Origin: Klebsormidium nitens
Lineage: Eukaryota; Plantae; Klebsormidiophyceae
NCBI GenBank assembly: GCA_000708835.1
Contig: DF237123.1
Location: 97,444 to 161,443 of the forward strand
Direction: 5' to 3'
DNA: 64,000 nt
The notes below the pieces were generated by a model that saw only the letters and a program-made list of their open reading frames with translations, was not told the DNA's origin and did not search any database. A program made the position numbers and the translations under genes. Positions 60,501 through 64,000 of this stretch are shown piece by piece (position 1 is the stretch's first letter; the number at the start of each line of letters is the position of its first letter).

Positions 60501-62768
60501 CTCGAAGTCAAGTAAAGTACTGGCAAACAACGCTAGCAAAATCCGGCGACCTATGGAGTTTCAGGACGTTGCTGTCAAAGTTGATTGTGTTCATCTTCCC
60601 GCCACTCTCGAAAGTTCGATGAGTCACGGAGTCGCTTCAAGTGAGCTTACCCCGTCACGCTGGAGAAGGTGATGGCGAGAGCTGCCCCCGCAAGCTCGTC
60701 CCCCCCCAGGTGGCCGATGAAATAGAGGGAGGCGACCATGCGCCCAAACCAAGTGACCTGCGGCAGAGGAGCGGTTCGTCAAGATGACGTCATATCTCGG
60801 ATCAGGCAACAAGAACTCGGATCCAGAATGAGAATCGGAGATGTCTTTTGTGAGAACGCCAGAGGGAGCGCGAGATAGACTGCTAACCTGCACAGCAAGC
60901 ATGGCCGTCACAAGTGATCCCACGTGCTCCACACAGTTACCGTCTGAATCGATCTGAGCACGAAGGAGCATATGCAAAGTCCAGCAGAGCAATCAGGGCC
61001 GCCAGCAATCTGACTCGAGCTCTTACGCAATCTAACCTAGCAAAAATGATCCAGAGTGGGACTTCATAGCCATATAGCAAGGGGTCAAACCTGTAGCAGT
61101 GCGATCGGGGCCGCCAGCGAGGCCTGCACCCAGACCTCCCTCCAGAAGCCCCCCGACGACGTTCCGGCTGCCTCCGGCTCTGCCTTCCTGCCTGTTGTAT
61201 CGCTCAAGAGCCCCGCTGTTTCCAGGTCATCCAGGTCGTCGTTCCACACGTCAAGCTCTGAAGCAGTCCTGCTCTCTGGTTCTTCTTTCTTCTTGGTAAG
61301 GCGGAGAGCTCCCAGCCGGCCGTCTTTTGACTGTTTTGTGCTTGGCTTGGACAGAGGCGGCCGGCCTGATGTGCTCGTACCTGCATGGAAGACAAAGGGG
61401 CTGGTCAGACAAAGTGCACAGAGCCTTCTTTAAGTGAAGTGCTTTTTGAAAGAAACCTCTGCTTGAGCAAGGGAAGCAGTTGCTGACTTCTTCTTGGTGC
61501 AGTTGTAAGGGAGCAGAATTCAAGAGTTTGCCGCTGTAGTGAGACGAGCCAGCAAAACCGCAGCAGCCTCCAAAGCACTGCTTCAACACTTTTCCGCTCC
61601 AATGCTTTTCAATCAAATCTATCCTCAGCGTTTCTGTCCATAAACATGTGATGCAAGTTCCTTTTCTGCATTGAGACAGTGTTGACTGGGGCTGATTGTT
61701 TCAAAATCGTTCCAAACAAAGCAGGTGGTGAGGGACACTTCAAAGTCATCCTGGAAAGTTTTATTGGGAGATTCAGAGCATGCCCTAGAGGCTGAGCGGA
61801 GACTGCACCTCTGTTCATGTCCCAACAAAAATGGATGGGTGCCGATTTTCATCAAAAAGATAGAGCTCTAAATATCATCCTAAGAGCAAGGCCACAGCAA
61901 GAACTCAAAGCATTTTGGATGAAATGTCCAGCTGACCACAGCAGACATCATGTCCTTCCAAATCAGAAGTTCTTCATTAACATGTTAAGTAGAAGCTCCT
62001 GTGAGGTACTTGGACATGGGAAAGCATTGCACTCAGGGAATATGTGGTTCCTCCTGAGAAATTCTTCTCCACTTTGTTAAGTGGAGACCTCCAGTGAGTT
62101 ACTTGGACACAGGAAAACCTTTGCACTCCGGGAACATAATTGTTTTTCCCACTGAGACATTCTTGATGATCGTATGAAGTAGAAACCTCTTCGAGGTACT
62201 TGGATACAAAGAAGAATCACACAAGGCCTCACCGACAAACAAAAGAAAGCACTGATACAACAACCGTGCTCATGAGTCCCATGTTCACCTCAGACAGCTC
62301 CATCAATCTCACTCAATTCGCATTGCGAGGCGCGCTTGGTGTGCAAGAACCACACTGACTCATCGGCAAAGATAAGTGTGTACTTCTTTCTTGGAACCTG
62401 GGCATGCTTAGTAAACCTCCAATACAATCAAGCCAACCATTTTCAGAAAGGGAGATCTCGATCAAAATGAATGCGCAAAAGGCCACTACAAACCTACCCC
62501 CATTCTCTCTCGATGCTGGTTTTTTCGACCCCGCTCCATTTGCCGCCGTTCTTTTTGCCACATCTGCCCCTCCGTCCAGCCAAGCATCGTCTTCGTTGTC
62601 AAAGTCCCAACCATCCGCTTCCCACCCCTGCCCAAGCTCTCTGTCGGTGCCGGTGTCACTTCCAGCAGAGTTGGCCAGGGAACTAGAACTCCCTGATCTT
62701 TTCACGAACCCGGGAAGATCGCCCTTCCCAAATGTGGCAGCTGCGGCGCCAAAACCCTTCTTGCCCAT
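57593..62768 (-). CDS. MATE/DTX family transporter (copy 2). Exons 62768-62498 (start may extend upstream), 61380-61091, 60757-60651, 59510-59229, 58607-57593
   Basis: FIGHLGGDELAGAALAITFSSVTGYSLMFGLSGGMDPLCAQAFGAGEY, LRSYLRSQ, LRLALPACIATCQEWWAYE, AAARVGKELGAGRP, LSGILKGAGRP, TYYILALPL, QGFWWAL. Phases are consistent. Confidence 0.92.
59620..60030 (-). repeat. Three tandem degenerate copies of the acceptor and start of MATE copy 2 exon 59510-59229 (~59620-59675, ~59770-59850, ~59945-60025)
   Basis: 'ccgcag-gtRYtYtcTNatgttcggc' recurs at ~160-175 bp period upstream of the real exon. Each copy has a stop or frameshift. Confidence 0.88.
61990..62215. repeat. Imperfect intronic tandem repeat, ~95-bp unit, ~2.5 copies
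   Basis: gag(g/t)tacttgga(c/t)a...tgcactc(a/c)gggaa...ctgaga(a/c)attctt recurs at ~62002, ~62096 and, partially, ~62194. Confidence 0.6.
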
Positions 62769-64000
62769 GTTTCTGCCCCAACTTGATTGCCAGGTGTTTG
62801 AAGGCTACTTTTGCATCAGAACCAAGGCCTTTCCTACTATAATGTGAGACTGGTTCTAGAACTTCAGGCCCAGAAGGTTAAGACCAAACCAACTTAGATA
62901 GAGAAGCTGGCATACGTACTTCCAAAGTCTTACACTATAGTATCTTGAAGAAAACCAAGTAAGCTTTGGCTCACAAATCGAACATCCTCTAAGAACTGTG
63001 CATTGTGCAAGTGGCTTGCTCTTGGATTCCACTTGAGAGTGTCCAGCCCGGAACAGATTGAAACTGCCAGTGTCAGCGCCTTTCTGCTTTTATGGAGGGT
63101 GCCCACTGCCAACGCTACGCCTACAATCTGTCTGATCGACACTTCGCGCTAGCTGCTCAAACTTCAAAGCTCAGGAACTCAGCGCAGGAACATAGCTCAG
63201 GGGTGGTGCTGGAATGCTTCAATTGGCGCCTTGGGCGGCCGCTGGCGCCTTCTGCCAGTTCCGGAGGAATCTCGCCAATCAAGGGGTGAAGGTTTGTCTC
63301 TCTCTAATACCCCCTACACCTACTTGGAAAGTGACCAGTAGTGTGGGTATAAGAACGCCGGAAAAGGGGGCTCTGGCTGGGTCAGAAGCTACCCCCCATT
63401 CGATACAACCCGGATACTCCGGAGCACAGAATGGCGAAAATTCAGCAGTCTTTTGGAACTAGATCGAGCAGAAGCTTGCATTGAGTTCGAGGAATCCGCT
63501 TGCCAGGACCTGTCACCTCACACTGTGAACACCCGTTAGTGCCGATCATGTGACGCAAAAACGGACAAAGTTGACGAGAAAAGTTTGGGGAGAATTGGGG
63601 TTCGGACGGTACCGGGCGCAAAATGGCAGCGTACGGTACAGACCGTTGCTTCTCGAGCGGTATCCAGCCTTGGCAGGAGCAGAAGCAACCGGGCACCTTT
63701 TGTGACCTTAGGGTTAGGTCACAAAGCAGTGATGGTATCTTAGGGTTAGGTATGTCCCTTGCTGTGACGGTTTGTTAGGTTCGCGTCCCTTCCCTGTGAC
63801 TGCTAACCGATTAGGGATCCTACTAACGATTAAGCCACTGTCCTTAGGGTTTTGGTGTGGTTTTAGTTTTGCCCGAGCACTTAAGTGGTGTCCGACAATG
63901 TCAAAAGTGTCCGTGTCCGATCTCCTAAACTTTTCTCATCAACTTTGTGCCTCTTGCCACAGTGACTGACGCAAGGGGCACTGGGGTTTGAAAGCGACGG

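Overview
Eukaryotic, intron-rich, plant-type genomic DNA with GC-rich exons, GT-AG introns and one 649-nt assembly gap. Gene content and style suggest a streptophyte green alga such as Klebsormidium (inference). Gene models were spliced by hand and their exon phases checked. They are: the 3' end of a BIG5/MIN7-type ARF-GEF (+); a small basic LLPH-like protein (-); a Gly/Pro-rich GYPP-repeat protein (-); two MATE/DTX transporters (+ and -); one or two secreted Ala-Pro-rich (AGP-like) modular proteins (-); an 18-exon GH5 endo-beta-mannanase with a Pro-rich tail (+); a head-to-head SPF30/SMNDC1 (-) and DAWDLE/SNIP1 (+) pair; and a coiled-coil/RRM-like protein (-). Two features stand out. (1) Introns of at least six genes carry degenerate partial copies of the adjacent exon, mostly including its splice site. 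The copies are direct, tandem and once inverted, and several differ from the real exon mostly at synonymous positions. (2) The AGP-like locus is built from symmetric phase-1 exons, most carrying an R-[RK]-L-x-Q motif followed by AP repeats, which suggests a protease-processed glycopeptide polyprotein. No prokaryotic systems or CRISPR arrays were found.
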